Positions 24,668 to 37,065 of a stretch of 64,000 nt of DNA are shown here, piece by piece. Both the position numbers and the translations under genes were made by a program. Position 1 is the first letter of the stretch; each line of letters begins with the position of its first letter. The notes beneath the pieces were generated by a model, which did not search any database, was not told the origin of the DNA, and saw nothing but the letters and a program-made list of their open reading frames with translations. Source of the DNA: Octopus sinensis (taxonomy: Eukaryota); assembly GCF_006345805.1 (NCBI RefSeq), contig NC_042997.1, forward strand, positions 142,166,001 to 142,230,000. The letters are read 5' to 3'.

Positions 24668-24885
24668 GCTGCCTGACTGGCCCTCATGGTGGTGGCACAT
24701 AAAAAGAAACCACTACACTCTTGAAGTGGTTGGCATTAGGAAGGGCATCCAGCTGTAGAAACTTTGCCAGATCAAATTGGAGCCTGGTACAGCAGCCTTC
24801 TGGCTCACCAGTCCTCAGTCAAACCATCCAACCCATGCCAGCATGGAAGGTGGACATTAAATGACAACGACGATGATGATGATGA
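24668..24885 (+). mobile_element. Family C repeat inserted into an older repeat
   Basis: Flanks at 24550-24665 and 24885-24935 join to match the uninterrupted copy at 23305-23480. Confidence 0.75.
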
Positions 24886-24984
24886 AGTCAGTTAGTAGCA
24901 AATATTTGAGTTTTGTAAAGATACGTCATCGCTGGTGTAATTATCAAGTGGTGGTGGTGATGGGGAACAAATACCATAACATAC

Positions 24985-25380
24985 ACATCTATATCTTTAA
25001 TGGCTTTGTGGTAACAAGCTTGCTTCCCAACCACAGGATTCAGTCCCACTGTAGCACCTTGGGCAAGTATATTCTACTATCGCCTTGGACCAACCAAAGC
25101 CATGTGAGTGGATTTGGAAACTGAAAGAAGTCCATCTCCATAAATATATATCTATGTGTATGTGAATTTGTGTCTGTGTTTGTCCCCCACTACTGGTTGA
25201 CAACCGGTGTTGGTGTGTTTACATCCCTGTAACTTTAGTCTGGCAAAAAAAGACCAATAGAATAAGCACCAGGCTTAGCAAAAAGTAAGTACTGGGGTCA
25301 ATTCATTCGACTAAAAATTCTTCAAAGCAGTACCCCATCATGGTCACAGTCAAATGATTGTAAGAAGGAAAAGATAAAAG
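24985..25380 (+). mobile_element. SINE family B
   Basis: ggctttgtggtaacaagcttgcttcccaaccac...ccttgggcaagt...tail aaagataaaag. Confidence 0.8.
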
Positions 25381-25699
25381 GTAAAATATATATTTACAAC
25401 AGACTTCTGCCAAATTTACTTACAAGGCTCATGTCAGCCTTGCACAAGATGCCATGCTGTAGGACTGAACCTGAAATTACATGGTTGCAAAGTGAGTTTC
25501 TTAACCATATAGCCATGATTATGCCTTTTATTCACCACTGCATCATTTGAAAATATTGTAGCTGATCAAGCTTATTCCATCTTTTCCTGTGGGTAGATTT
25601 GAAATCAGCACTACAACTTAATTATACATTTGTCAGTTATGTATTACTGTCACAATTTGATATGATAGTTGTATGTTCCTGTGACACCTATTTCACATT

Positions 25700-26090
25700 A
25701 ATATACTAAAGCAGCTTTCAAGCATTGGGCCTCACGGAAGCAAAGTGGTCGATGCCGGTAGCATAAGAAAAGCTCCTTTCGAGTGTTGAGCCTCATGGAA
25801 GCAATGATGAAATGACCAAGACCTTTGGCATTATGTTGTGCTTGAGAAGAAGACCCATCAAGCCAAGTAAAATTGCAGTCATAGCAGATACTGGTGTCAT
25901 GCAAATGGCACCCATGCCAGTGGCATGTATAAGCACCCCTTACATTCTCAGAGTGGCTGGTGTTAGAAAGGGCATCCAGCCATAGAAAATGTGCCAAATC
26001 AGATTGGAATCTGGTGCAGCCTTCCAGCTTGCCAGCCCTGATCAGATCGTCTAACCTATGCCAGTATGGACAAATAATGATGATGACTTG
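25700..26090 (+). mobile_element. Family C repeat, long variant
   Basis: Ends gaaagggcatccagccatagaaa...atgccagtatggacaaataatgatgatgac. Confidence 0.7.
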
Positions 26091-27589
26091 CAACAGCTTT
26101 AGATTAAAATATCAGTGTGTATACACATTTATAATGTGTATACAAACATGGAACAGCACTAGCTGTAATATTTTCTCTTAGAGAAATTTCTGTAAGAAAA
26201 ACAGGGCTTCACTCAGAGCACCAGTAGATCATTAGACACAGTGTTTTGATTTGATTTTGTCTCCTCAAAGACTAATATCCCAAATGCTCTGAGCTAAAGA
26301 GAAAATGTTTATTCTTGTACAGAAATCAGTAATCATACTATTTAGTGATTTGTGTGAAAGTTTGTGTATTTAACCATGGTTTCTATGGCTGGATAACCTT
26401 TTACATGGTGCCAGCACAAGCTGTAATAGTTCATCTCAAAGAAACTTCTCCAAAAGACCTGCCTGTTAAATAGGGGCTTCACTCAGAATGCTTGTGGTTC
26501 ACCAGACATGGTGTTTTGACTTGGTTTGATGTTCTCAGTGATGAATACTCTGTACATTCTTAGCCAAGCAAAATGTACTTGGTCTTATATAGAAATTAGT
26601 AAACTAAACATTTACTGATTTCTGTGAAGGCTAGTCAATTTACCGATTTCTGTGAAGGCTAGTCAGGTGAGAATTAAATTAACATACTCTCTAGAAACAG
26701 GCTCACATGAAAATATTGGTGCATATACACACTTATAATGTGTATGCAAATGTGGAACAGCACTAACTATTCATATCCACCCCCACTGATAATTTGAGTC
26801 ATTGAGTTTTACTTACCTCTGCAACAAATAATGCTTGGCCCTCAGTTGGATACTGTCTCTGGATACAAACTGCTGATGCTTTTTTATGGTAGGGTAGGAT
26901 CCTATCAACCTTTCCATATGTAATTCTCATCATCTTTTATTGCTTGTGTGTGTGTGTGTAAAATGAAACAAAACAAAACTCAGTATTAATCTGTTGGTTC
27001 CAATAATCTTCCCTCTGTACATTTTCTGTTCATAAGAATTATTCTCTCTTTTTTTTCTTTAATGCAAAATACCTTAAAGTGGTAAAAGAACAGATTAAAA
27101 CTGTCACCAGTTTCTAAATTTTTTTTTTAATGGTTTAAATTCTTTGAACTTTCTCTTGCAGTGTTTCATTTAAATATATTTTTTAAAAAATAACATTTAA
27201 TTAAACAAACTATGCCTTCTGAAAACCAACCAATTCACTCTGATTTAAGCACCAAAGGTCTTTTACTTAAATACTTAATAAATTAAAAAATTCTTTCAGT
27301 TGTAAAGAAAGTGATTGTAACTGTGTATGTAACATGAAAAATCAAGTACACTTAATTGTGAAAATGTGACCTCTTCCTTGGAGCTAAACATTATTTCTTA
27401 TCTAATCAAAGTAATATTCAAGATAGCATAGACTTGCTTATAACCAAGAGGTTTGATACTTTAATGTAGTGTACAGAAATGTTCTTGTTATTTTAACACG
27501 TTCTAAAAATTCAGATTAACGATGAGATAACCAAAAGTTTTAAAAAGTAATTAATCGGTGATTACTTTTTCTTGAAAAGTATTTGAACT

Positions 27590-28110
27590 CTATACAATAT
27601 AAATCTTTATTATTACCATCTCTACCACCACCACTGCTGCCACCACCACCAATACTGCCACCACCACTGCCACCATATCACATTTTGGCTCTGTACTGAT
27701 TTTATGACTGTGTTTTAACTTGTATTGCCACTGATGGCAATAATCCTGATGCTGCTGTCCATGCAGTAATAGTAATGCTGATGACAGCAACAGTGCTGCT
27801 GCTGCTGATGGTGATGATAATTGCAGTATTGCTGTTGGTCAGAGTAATAGCAATATGTTTGCTGCTGCCAATGATGATGACATTAATGGCTTTGCAGCAA
27901 CAGCTACTGCTGATGGTGACGATAATAGTGATGCTCTGATGACAAATAATAGCAATTCAGCTGTAACTGATGACAGTAATAATAATACTGCTGCTGCTGC
28001 TGCTGCTGCTGCTGAAGATGATGACAATAATAGTGATACTAATACTGCTACTACAGGTGTTAGTAATGGCAATGCATCTGATATATCTGCTGCTACTGTT
28101 GCTGATGCGA
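27590..28110. repeat. Decayed trinucleotide low-complexity tract (CCA/GCT/GAT/AAT)
   Basis: Runs of ccacca, gctgct, gatgat and aataat. Confidence 0.85.
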
Positions 28111-28282
28111 CAATAACAAAGAAAACTCACTTGTTTTTAAGTTGCTATATGTTGCTGATCTGGATAGATTTTAGTGGTAGAATCTTATGTTTTTAGTGGA
28201 TAGTTTTAGTGGTAGAGTGTTGCTGAATGGTAAATGGCTTAGTGGTAGAATCTTACTTCATGGTAAATAGTTTAGTGGTAGA

Positions 28283-28689
28283 ATAAGGCGGCAAGCTGGT
28301 AGAGACGTTAGCACGCCGGGCGAAATGCTTAGCAGTATTTCGTCTGCAGTTACATTCTGAGTTCAAATTCCGCCGAGGCCGACTTTGCCTTTCATCCTTT
28401 CAGGGGGTCGATAAATTAAGTACCGGTTACGCACTGGGGTCGATATAATTGACTTAATCTGTTTGTCTGTCCTTGTTTGTCCCCTCTGTGTTTAGCCCCT
28501 TGTGGGTAATAAAGAAATAGGTGTTTTGTCTGCCGTTAAGTTCTGAGTTCAAATTCCGCCGAGGTCGACTTTGCCTTTCATCCTTTTGGGGGTCGATAAA
28601 TTAAGTACCAGTTACGCACTGGGGTTGATATAATCGACTTCATCCGTTTGTCTGTCCTTGTTTAGCCCCTTGTGGGTAGTAAAGAAATA
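28283..28689 (+). mobile_element. Young SINE family A with internal tandem duplication
   Basis: aaggcggcaagctggtagagacgttagc head; the body from ttctgagttcaaattccgccgagg occurs twice. Flanked by ggtaaatagtttagtggtaga at 28262-28282 and 28690-28710. Confidence 0.9.
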
Positions 28690-29282
28690 GGTAAATAGTT
28701 TAGTGGTAGAGTCTCATTTAGTGATAGAATCTTAATGATTGGTAGAGTATTGCTCAGTAGTAGATAGTTTGATGGTAGAGTCTTGCCATGTAGCAGATAG
28801 TTAAGAGATATAGTCGTGCTTAATGGTAGTCTTGATTAGTGGTAGATAATTTAGTAGCAAGGTCTTACTCCATGGTAGAGTCTCATTTAATGGTAGAATC
28901 TTATTGATTGGTAGAATGTTGCCCAGTAGTTGAAAGTTTAGTGTGGTGGAGTCTTGCCACATAGTATATAGTTTAGTGATATAATCATGATTAGTAGTAG
29001 ATAATTTAGTAGCAGGGTCTTACTTCAGGGTAGATAGTTTAATGGTAGACTCTCACTTAGTGGTAGAATCTTATTGATTGGTAGAATATTGCATAGTAGT
29101 AGAGTCTTGCCATATAGCAGTTAAGTGATATAGTCATGTTTAGTGGTAGTCTAGATTAGTGATAGAGTCTTGTTTAGTGGTATAGTCTTGTTTAATGATA
29201 GACTTGACTAGTAGTAGATAGTTTAGTGGTTTAGTCTTGGTTAGTGATAGAATCTTGCCTAGTATTAGATAGTTTAGTGGTA

Positions 29283-29605
29283 ATGGCTCAGTGGTTAGAG
29301 TATCAGGCTCACAAATCATAGAGGTAGTGAGTTTAATTCTCAGACCAGGCTGTGTGTTGTGTTCTTCAGCAAGAAACTTTATTTCATGTTGCTCCAGTTC
29401 ACTCAGCTGTAGAAATGAGTTGCGATGTCACTGGTGCCAAGCCTTTGCCTTTCCCTTGGATAACATCTGTGGCATGGAGAGGGGAGGCTAGTATGCATAG
29501 GGGACTGCTGGTCTTCTACAAGCAACCTTGCCCGGATTCATACCTTGGTGGGGAACTTTCTAGGTGCAATCCCATGGTCATTCATGATCAAAGGTGGGGG
29601 GTCTT
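29283..29605 (+). mobile_element. tRNA-headed SINE family J
   Basis: atggctcagtggttagagtatcaggc head, B-box-like gagtttaattctc, then gtgttgtgttcttcagcaagaaactttatttcatgttgctcc shared with 31226 and 41000-41300. Confidence 0.75.
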
Positions 29606-30198
29606 TACTCTTTTAGTGGTAGAATCTTGCTTAGTGGTATACTTTTGTTTAATGGAAGTCTTAATTAGTGATAGATAGTTGAGTAGGAGAGTTTTGCTTG
29701 GTGGTATAATTTTATTTCGAGGTAGTTTTGCTTACTAGTAGATAATTTAGTGGTAGAATCCTGCTGAGTGGTAGATAATGTAATGAAATAGTGCTGTCTG
29801 GTGATAGATAATTTTGTACTATCATCTTGTCTAATGGCAGAAAGGTCAGTGGTAGAGAGATGGATGGTATAGTTTTGTTTAGTGGTAGAATCTTTATTAG
29901 TGATAGACAGTTTTGTAGCGTAGTCTTACTCAGTTGTTGATTGTTTAGTGGTAGAACCAACCTTTCTTTGTGGTAGATAATTTCATGCTATACTTTTGTC
30001 TAGTAGTAGATAATTTAGTGAGAAAAACTTGCTTTTGCCTAAGAGGCTTCAAGTATTTCACCTTATCTTCAAGAGACGACACAATTTAACACTTTAACTT
30101 GAGGAAACAATTAGGATGTTAATAATGTGTTTGTGTCTGTATGTGTAAATATGTTATATATGTGCATGTATATGAGTGTGTGTGTGTGTATGTATGTA

Positions 30199-30240
<42 letters not shown>

Positions 30241-30259
30241 ATATGTATAAATTCTTTTT

Positions 30260-30680
30260 CTTTTATTGTTTTATTTCTTTCAGTCATTTGACTGTGGCTG
30301 TGCTGGAGCACCACCTTTAGTCAAACAAATCGACCCCAGGACTTATTCTTTATAAGCCTAGTACTTATTCTCTCAGTCTCTTTTGCCGAACCACTACTTT
30401 ATGGGGAAGTAAACACATCAACATCGGTTGTTGAGAGATGGCGGGGGGGGGGGGGGCACAAACATAGACACTCAAACATGTATGTATGTATGTGTATATA
30501 TATATATATATATATATTATCTGTTACTTGTTTCAATCATTTGACTGTGGTCATGCTGGGGTGCACTACATTGGAGAGTTTTAGTTGAATGAATTGACCC
30601 CAGGACTTATTTTTTGAGCCTAGTACTTATTCTATCAGTCCCTTCTGTGTTTGTCCCCATAACTTTTGCTAAGTTATGGG
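30260..30680 (-). mobile_element. Two SINE family B tails
   Basis: ttcagtcatttgactgtggctgtgctggagcaccacc (~30280) and ttcaatcatttgactgtgg (~30532). Confidence 0.75.
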
Positions 30681-31125
30681 GACAGAAAACAAAAAAAACA
30701 GACAGGTGAGAGAACAGCAAGCAGATGTATTAGTTTGATGCTCAGGAAAAATGGAGAAGTCTTTGACATTTCGAGCCTGTTCTCTTTGACAGAAGGGGAT
30801 GAGAGGGAAAAAAATGGAGAGAGAAAAAAATGTGTAAGGATTAACGATTTAACTGAATGAAATGACCAGAGGAAAGAGGCTGAGTGAAAGGGAGATAATA
30901 ATGGTGACCTGGCTGAAATGGAGTGCACAAGAATGCATATGTAAGAATGGTGTGTGTGAGTGTGTATGACCAGCTTCTTTCAGTTTCCATTTACCAAATT
31001 GGCTCACAAGGCTTTGGTTGACCTGAGGCTATATTAGAAGATACCTGCCGAAGATGCCATACAGTGGAACTGAATCCGGAACCATGTAGTTGTGAAGCAA
31101 GCTTCTTGCCATGTTTGTGCCTATT

Positions 31126-31165
<40 letters not shown>

Positions 31166-31225
31166 TTCTCTCTCCCCCACCCCTCTCTCTATTTCCAGAC
31201 ACACACATAAAATATATATAAATCT

Positions 31226-31520
31226 GATGGTGCATGGCTTAGTGGTTAGGGTGTTGTACTCATAATTGCTAGATTGTGATTTCAATTCCTAGACTGAGTG
31301 GTGCATTGTGTTCTTGAGCAAAACACTTCATGTCATGTTGCTATGCAATCTCTTTGACACCTGATGTATGGTACACTGTGCACCTGTTCAGACAATGTCG
31401 ATTTGATGGAGAGAGCAAGCTAATGTGCTGCATGGACATTTAATCACTATAAACAAATCATTTGTGCAGATCATTTGGTAAAAGCTGAATACTCATAAGT
31501 CATCTTTGATGGGAGAGTCA
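31226..31520 (+). mobile_element. SINE family J variant
   Basis: gcatggcttagtggttagggtg head; cattgtgttcttgagcaaaacacttcat. Confidence 0.7.
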
Positions 31521-31689
31521 GGCTGTCTACAGTAGAAAGCTGACCAAAGCATTCTACTGTAGACAGGCCTATCAAAGCCTTGTGAATGGATTTGGTAGCT
31601 AGAAACTAAAAGTAGTCCGTGTGAGCTGGCAGAAACATTAGCATGCCGGGTGAAATGCTTAATGGTATTTTGTCTGCCGCTACGTTCTG

Positions 31690-31920
31690 AGTGGCATGTA
31701 AAAAGCACCGACTGATCGTTACAGATGACAGTATCTCCTGACTGGCTCCTGTGCCAGTGGCACATAAAAAGCATCCACTACACTCTCGGAGTGGTTGGCG
31801 TTAGGAAGAGCATCCAGCTGTAGAAACTCTGCCAGATCTGATTGAAGCCTGGTGCAGCTGCTGGCTCTCCAGACCTCAGTCAAACCATCCAACAAACGTT
31901 AATCAATGATGATGATGATA
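31690..31920 (+). mobile_element. Family C repeat (left of inverted pair)
   Basis: ctcggagtggttggcgttaggaagagcatcc...aatgatgatgatga. Confidence 0.8.
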
Positions 31921-31946
31921 TATGTGTGTGTACATGTGTTTGTGTG

Positions 31947-31989
<43 letters not shown>

Positions 31990-31991
<2 letters not shown>

Positions 31992-32180
31992 TCATCATCA
32001 TCATCATTTAACGTCCGCTTTCCATGCTAGCATGGGTTGGACGGTTCAACTGGGGTCTGGGGAGCCCGAAGGCTGCACCAGGCCAGTCAGATCTGGCAGT
32101 GTTTCTACAGCTGGATGCCCTTCCTAACGCCAACCACTCCGAGAGTGTAGTGGGTGATTTTATGTGCCACCGACACTTGA
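31990..32180 (-). mobile_element. Family C repeat (right of inverted pair)
   Basis: (CAT)n ttaacgtccgctttccatgctagc...gcccttcctaacgccaaccactccgagag. Confidence 0.8.
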
Positions 32181-32762
32181 AAAGTGAACAGAAATGACTT
32201 TTCTGATAATTTTTCCACTTCAATAATTAGATGTTCGTAAATTATTAGGTGTTTACCAAAGGTGACTCTAATAGGAGTTACTTGCTTAAAAGCAATTTCC
32301 AAACTGATATTTTAGAGTTTGTTATCGATTGTTTAAATAGGGAATATTTAGTGTGTATGTTTATAATTAAGCACTTCCTATTTAAACACCTTAATAACTT
32401 ATGAACATCTAACTATTAGAGAAAAATTATTAGAAAAGTCATTCTATTCATTTTCTCAAATATATAATACTGTGCCAAGGACTTTCTATTTCTTATTCTA
32501 CTATGTGTGTGTGTGTGTGTGTGTGTTGGTGTGAGTGTGGTCTTATTATGCTTGTGTTTGTTCATTGGTTTGCAGGAATTGATTAGACCTGAGAATATTT
32601 GGGTTAAATAATGATGATAGAATGGGAATTGTAGCAAATTCCACTTTAGTTTCATGAATCATTTTCTCTAAATACTCCACATCCTTCACCTTCCTACCAA
32701 AAACCAAAATCTTTGATTTGCTAGCCAAACACAGGTATGTGCAGTTTCTCCCCAGTTCTCTC

Positions 32763-32845
<83 letters not shown>

Positions 32846-32870
32846 ACACAGACAGACAGACAGACAGACA

Positions 32871-33085
32871 GAGAGGGTGTCCCAGAAGTTGCGCACCACC
32901 GTGGTTTTTTTAAAAGAATACATCCTTATGGATTTCAAAAACACTTTATTGAAATTAATCGTAACAAACGCTCAAATTGAGCACCCTCTACAATAAAACA
33001 TGCTGAAAAAATATAATAAAATAAAATGCTTCAATTATTTTTGATGAAAACCAGAATGGTGCGCGACTTCTGGGACTTCTGTATA
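32871..33085. mobile_element. Tc1/mariner-like MITE
   Basis: Terminal inverted repeats gtcccagaagttgcgcacca and tggtgcgcgacttctgggac, ending ctgta|ta. Confidence 0.7.
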
Positions 33086-34661
33086 TTGCACCAGAAATTA
33101 TATTGGACACTGTTATGGATACTGTAGTCCATAGTAAATTTAAGTTAGCAATTAGTAGACTTGTGAGGTGATAGTTTAGCTCTGAACTATGTAGCATCAA
33201 GACAATACAAGATGAATCTCTCCTAAATAGGATGTGAATCTATGGCAGGTAACCCAGATGATCTGGTAAATATTTTTTGCAAGTATTACTTTATTATTAA
33301 AGAATGGGTTTTTGTGCTTTCTTGTACCCCATTCTAGACCATATCATGTCAGAGTTCCCACTAAGCATTCATATCTCTAAGGTGAAAATATTTTTCTTTT
33401 TAATTTCAAATCATTGGAATATTGAAAGAAAGAAAAAGCCATTGTTAGTGAAGGTTATCAACTGTCTTAATCAACCACAATTTGGTTAATATCAGTGAAA
33501 TGAGACAGGGTATTGTTCACTGAAGCACTATAATATTCTTGCAGTTGATTTGAATTTGCAATCAAGGAATAGATAGACTGATACCTTATCTATGCAAGGC
33601 TTTAATCTTAACACAATAAATGTTTTAGGTGAATGCAGACATGAAACCCTTTATATAAGATCCATTCTTAATTGCTGGAATTGGGTAGATTCTTCTTGGT
33701 GAGCTAGCCAGCTGTTTACTGCATACTATTTGTTATTTTTGAACAGAATTTTCATTAGCCAAAAAGTGCATTTGAAACACTATGGTAAAGGTATTATATT
33801 GGCAGTATATAGAAATCATGGAGCATTGGTTAAATGTTTTAATGTATTGAGTTACCTAACAATATGTTCTGGATTCTATTCTTGCTTGGCCTAATCTTAC
33901 CGTTTATTCACATGACAAATTCTCTCTCTCACACATACACATACAAAAGTGTGTGTGTGTGTGTATTTGTGTACAGCAGGCTTCTTTTCAGTTCCTGTTT
34001 AGCAAATCCATTCACAAGGCTTTAGTAGAAGGTACATGACCATGGTGCCACACAGCAAGACTGAACCTGGTACCATGTGATGGGGAAACAAACTTCTTAC
34101 CACACAGCCACTCCTTCGTCACAAAATGACCAACTGGTATTCTAGCCCTGCTTATTGACTTGCATGTTGACTTGAAATTGTTCAGGAACAGTCACTACAC
34201 CAATTTCACAGGGGGCCTGCAAGGTCTTATACATATTCTGTTCTTGACCAACACATAAATAAATAAGAATTATTAAAACTCGTCTTTCTCAAGAAGTTTT
34301 TCCTGCTACTGAATTTTCTTTATCTCTGGTAGAGCATGCCATATGAAGCAAATTATTTTTATCTGAAGATTCATTTTCTTCAACATCAAACAGGATTAAA
34401 TAGATTATTTATTTAAATTGACAGTTGTTGTTTCTTTTGGTTGAAATCCATGTTAATAAGAGAGAACAGATGATGAAGAAAAAAAAAAAAACAATGGGGA
34501 AATATGAAGGGGAGGAGAATAAGATGGGAACAATTATTTGTGATGGTAGTCATGCTGGTAATTTAGTAGTGATTTTACAGGTGGCTTTACTAAAATTAAT
34601 GGCAGTTCTGTTGTTATATTTGCAGTGACATCATCAGGATCATTGTCTATTGTCATAGTGG

Positions 34662-34900
34662 AGTCACATGGCCTAGTGGTTAGAGCAGTGGACTCATGGT
34701 CGAGGGATTGCAGGTTCGAATCTCAGACCGAGTGATGTGTGTGTTTATGAGCGAAACACCTAAGTTCCACGCGGCTCCGGCAGAGGATAATGGCGAACTT
34801 CTGCAAACTCTTTCACCACAACTTTCTCTCACTCGTTCCTCCTGCATCTTGCTGCTCACCTGAGACAGACCGGCGTCCCGTCCAGGTGGGGTACCTATAC
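34662..34900 (+). mobile_element. tRNA-headed SINE family D
   Basis: ggagtcacatggcctagtggttagagcagtggactc...caggttcgaatctc (A and B boxes); body shared with 53238-53505. Confidence 0.8.
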
Positions 34901-35379
34901 CTATGGCTCGAGAAGGAACAAACAACATTGTCATGCGTCCACTTTTCCATGCTGGCATGGGCTGGATGTGTTTGTTGAAACAGTATTTTATGTCCAAACT
35001 CTCTTCCTGTCACAGATCCTTTTAGTCACTTCTTTCTTATAATACACAGGGACATGGTATATCTGTCTATTGTGAAACCAAGGTACACATGGTAACCTCA
35101 TCATCATCATGTGTTGCTTTTTGTTTTGCTATGATAATGATTTGTTTCCTGTGGCATACTCTTTCTGTTGCTGTTTCCAAATAATTAATATAAGTTGTGC
35201 CAAATGCAGACCACCAGCAGTATTCTTTGATTCTTTTTTATCTTATATATTGCTAATGGCCTAGGAAAACACATCAATGTCTCATTTCTTTATATTTTAT
35301 TTGAGCTGAACAACTTTAAGTATCTCTTGATATTAAGCTTTAAGTTTATTTTATTTAAGAAGGACAGCATTTTGTATTG

Positions 35380-35715
35380 TATGTCTTTTATGTGTTTCAG
35401 TCATTTGACTGTGGCCATGTTGGGGCACCGCATTGAAGAATTTTTTGTTGAACGAATCAACCTCAGTACTTATTCTTTTAAGACTGATACTCATTCTATT
35501 GATCTCTTTTGACAAACTGCTAAGTTACGGGGACTTAAGCACACCAACACCTGTTGCAAAGTGGAGTGGGGGAAGGACAAACACACACACACACATATAT
35601 AGATGACGAGCTTCTTTTAGTTTCTATCTACCACATCCACTCACAAGGTTTTGGTCAGTTCAAGACTATAGTAGAAAACCCTTGCCCAAGGTATCACACA
35701 GTGGTTGGGAAACAA
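35380..35715 (-). mobile_element. SINE family B (decayed)
   Basis: Tail and head motifs of family B. Confidence 0.75.
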
Positions 35716-36014
35716 GTTTCTTACCACACAACCATGCTTGTACTTTTGCTTTCCTTTTTTTTTTTTGAAGATTCTCCTAGGCTCACCTATAATGTATTTT
35801 GGCAAACTTAATGAAGGTTTATATTTAATTTTAATTGTTATTTGTTAATTGTTGAAGTGGGAGAGCGGAAAAAAAGCTGAGATGGAGCCCTCGTGGAATA
35901 GAATTCTGAAGAGTAGGTTTTGGATAAAAGGTTAGGGATGGTACTGGGGGTCAAGGATTGACTTCTTCATCACTCTTGTATGAAATAAGCAAAAAAATTG
36001 ATTGATTGATCTAC

Positions 36015-36230
36015 AAGTGGGTGCTGAAAAATTCCTGGCTTTGGATTACAGAAAATACAGGAGGATCAGTTAATTATGATTTTATTCAACATATTCCCAT
36101 TTCAGATTCACACACTTATAGCAGCTGTCCTTCAGCCTTTCTTAGTCCTGTAAAAGAACTTAGATGTTGAGCCTCCTATCAGGTCTTTTGTGATACCCTT
36201 AAAGTCAGGAATTTTTCAGCATCCCCTCAT
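36015..36230. mobile_element. mariner-like MITE
   Basis: gggtgctgaaaaattcctgg ... tcaggaatttttcagcatccc inverted termini; same family at 43612 and 48370. Confidence 0.8.
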
Positions 36231-36634
36231 ATATGTATATTTGAGTATGTTTCTACATAATCAATGAATATCTGTGTCAATAAATACATTTACAACTCTC
36301 AAAAGAATTAATACTAGTTGTGTGTGAATTAATAGTAGTATTAACTCTCTGGTTCAGTAGATCAATTAAGCTTAGAGATTACAAATTATTTACTTACGGA
36401 TTAATCTCAATGCTGTGGTTAATGCCTAATTCCTCCATTTCTGAGGTGGCTGCCTTAGAAATAATTATATGGTTGCTAATCTGTTAGGTATAATTCTTAT
36501 GTAACCTCAGTGTTTCATAAGATCACTGTAAAAGTTAATGTAATTGTTGGGTGACCGTGAACTAATGGTAGTAAATAGGTCTTGAACTTGTTGATGTCTC
36601 TTGGTACATTGTTGTGTCTGTAGTACTATTCTTT

Positions 36635-36820
36635 ACTTCTATTCTTTTACTTGTTTCAGTCATTTGGCTGCAGCCATGCTGGAGCACCACATTTAGTTGA
36701 GCAAATCGACCCCAGGACTTATTCTTTGTAAGCCTAGTACTTATTCTATCGGTCTCTTTTGCTGGGGGACATAAACACACCAGCATCAGTTGCCAAGCAA
36801 TGTTGGGGGCGGGGGGGGGG

Positions 36821-36858
<38 letters not shown>

Positions 36859-36859
36859 A

Positions 36860-36892
<33 letters not shown>

Positions 36893-36960
36893 TTATATGA
36901 CGGGCTTCTTTCAGTTTCTGTCTACCAAATCTACTCACAAGGCTTTGGTCAGCTCAAGTC
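36635..36960 (-). mobile_element. SINE family B (5'-truncated)
   Basis: cttttacttgtttcagtcatttggctgcagccatgctggagcacc... Confidence 0.8.
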
Positions 36961-36974
36961 TTATTGCCTTTGAA

Positions 36975-37065
36975 ATACTTGATTGCCAACTTGTTACAGG
37001 CACTCCAGGCTTGTCCCCTATGTGATGAGAGATCTTTTCTTACTGTCGATAACATAGGGCTCAAG
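36975..37065 (-). pseudogene. RTE-clade LINE ORF2 fragment (post-RT region), frameshifted
   Basis: Minus strand PYVIDSKK/DLSSHRGQAWSACNKL resembles the RTE motif Y...DS.KD...RKGQAWSACNKL as recalled; no alignment was run. Confidence 0.6.

Larger units (their letters stand above)
28150..30025 (+). repeat. Degenerate minisatellite, ~15-20-bp units around TTAGTGGTAGA(ATCTTGC/TAG)
   Basis: Dozens of ttagtggtaga/ttagtgataga motifs, interrupted by two SINEs. Confidence 0.9.

Noticed and set aside
27839-28196. 113-aa Ala/Asp/Asn-rich ORF and its antisense ORFs
   Set aside because: Decayed trinucleotide repeats; no splice context or recognisable domain.
28150-30025. Interstitial telomeric repeat interpretation of the TTAGTGG satellite
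   Set aside because: No TTAGGG hexamer periodicity; units are 15-20 bp.
33303-33786. Three small plus-strand exon-like segments
   Set aside because: Splicing them creates a TGA at one junction and needs a ~50-nt intron; not a coherent model.
34662-34740. tRNA-like sequences (also 13225, 16428, 29283, 31226, 53505)
   Set aside because: A and B boxes are present, but acceptor stems do not close and each runs into a SINE body; these are SINE heads, not tRNA genes.
36398-36480. Minus-strand exon-like segments with gtaagt/gtaaga donors (also 26817-26930 and 38762-38819)
   Set aside because: Open frames but weak acceptors and no recognisable protein; such pseudo-exons are expected by chance in 64 kb of AT-rich DNA.
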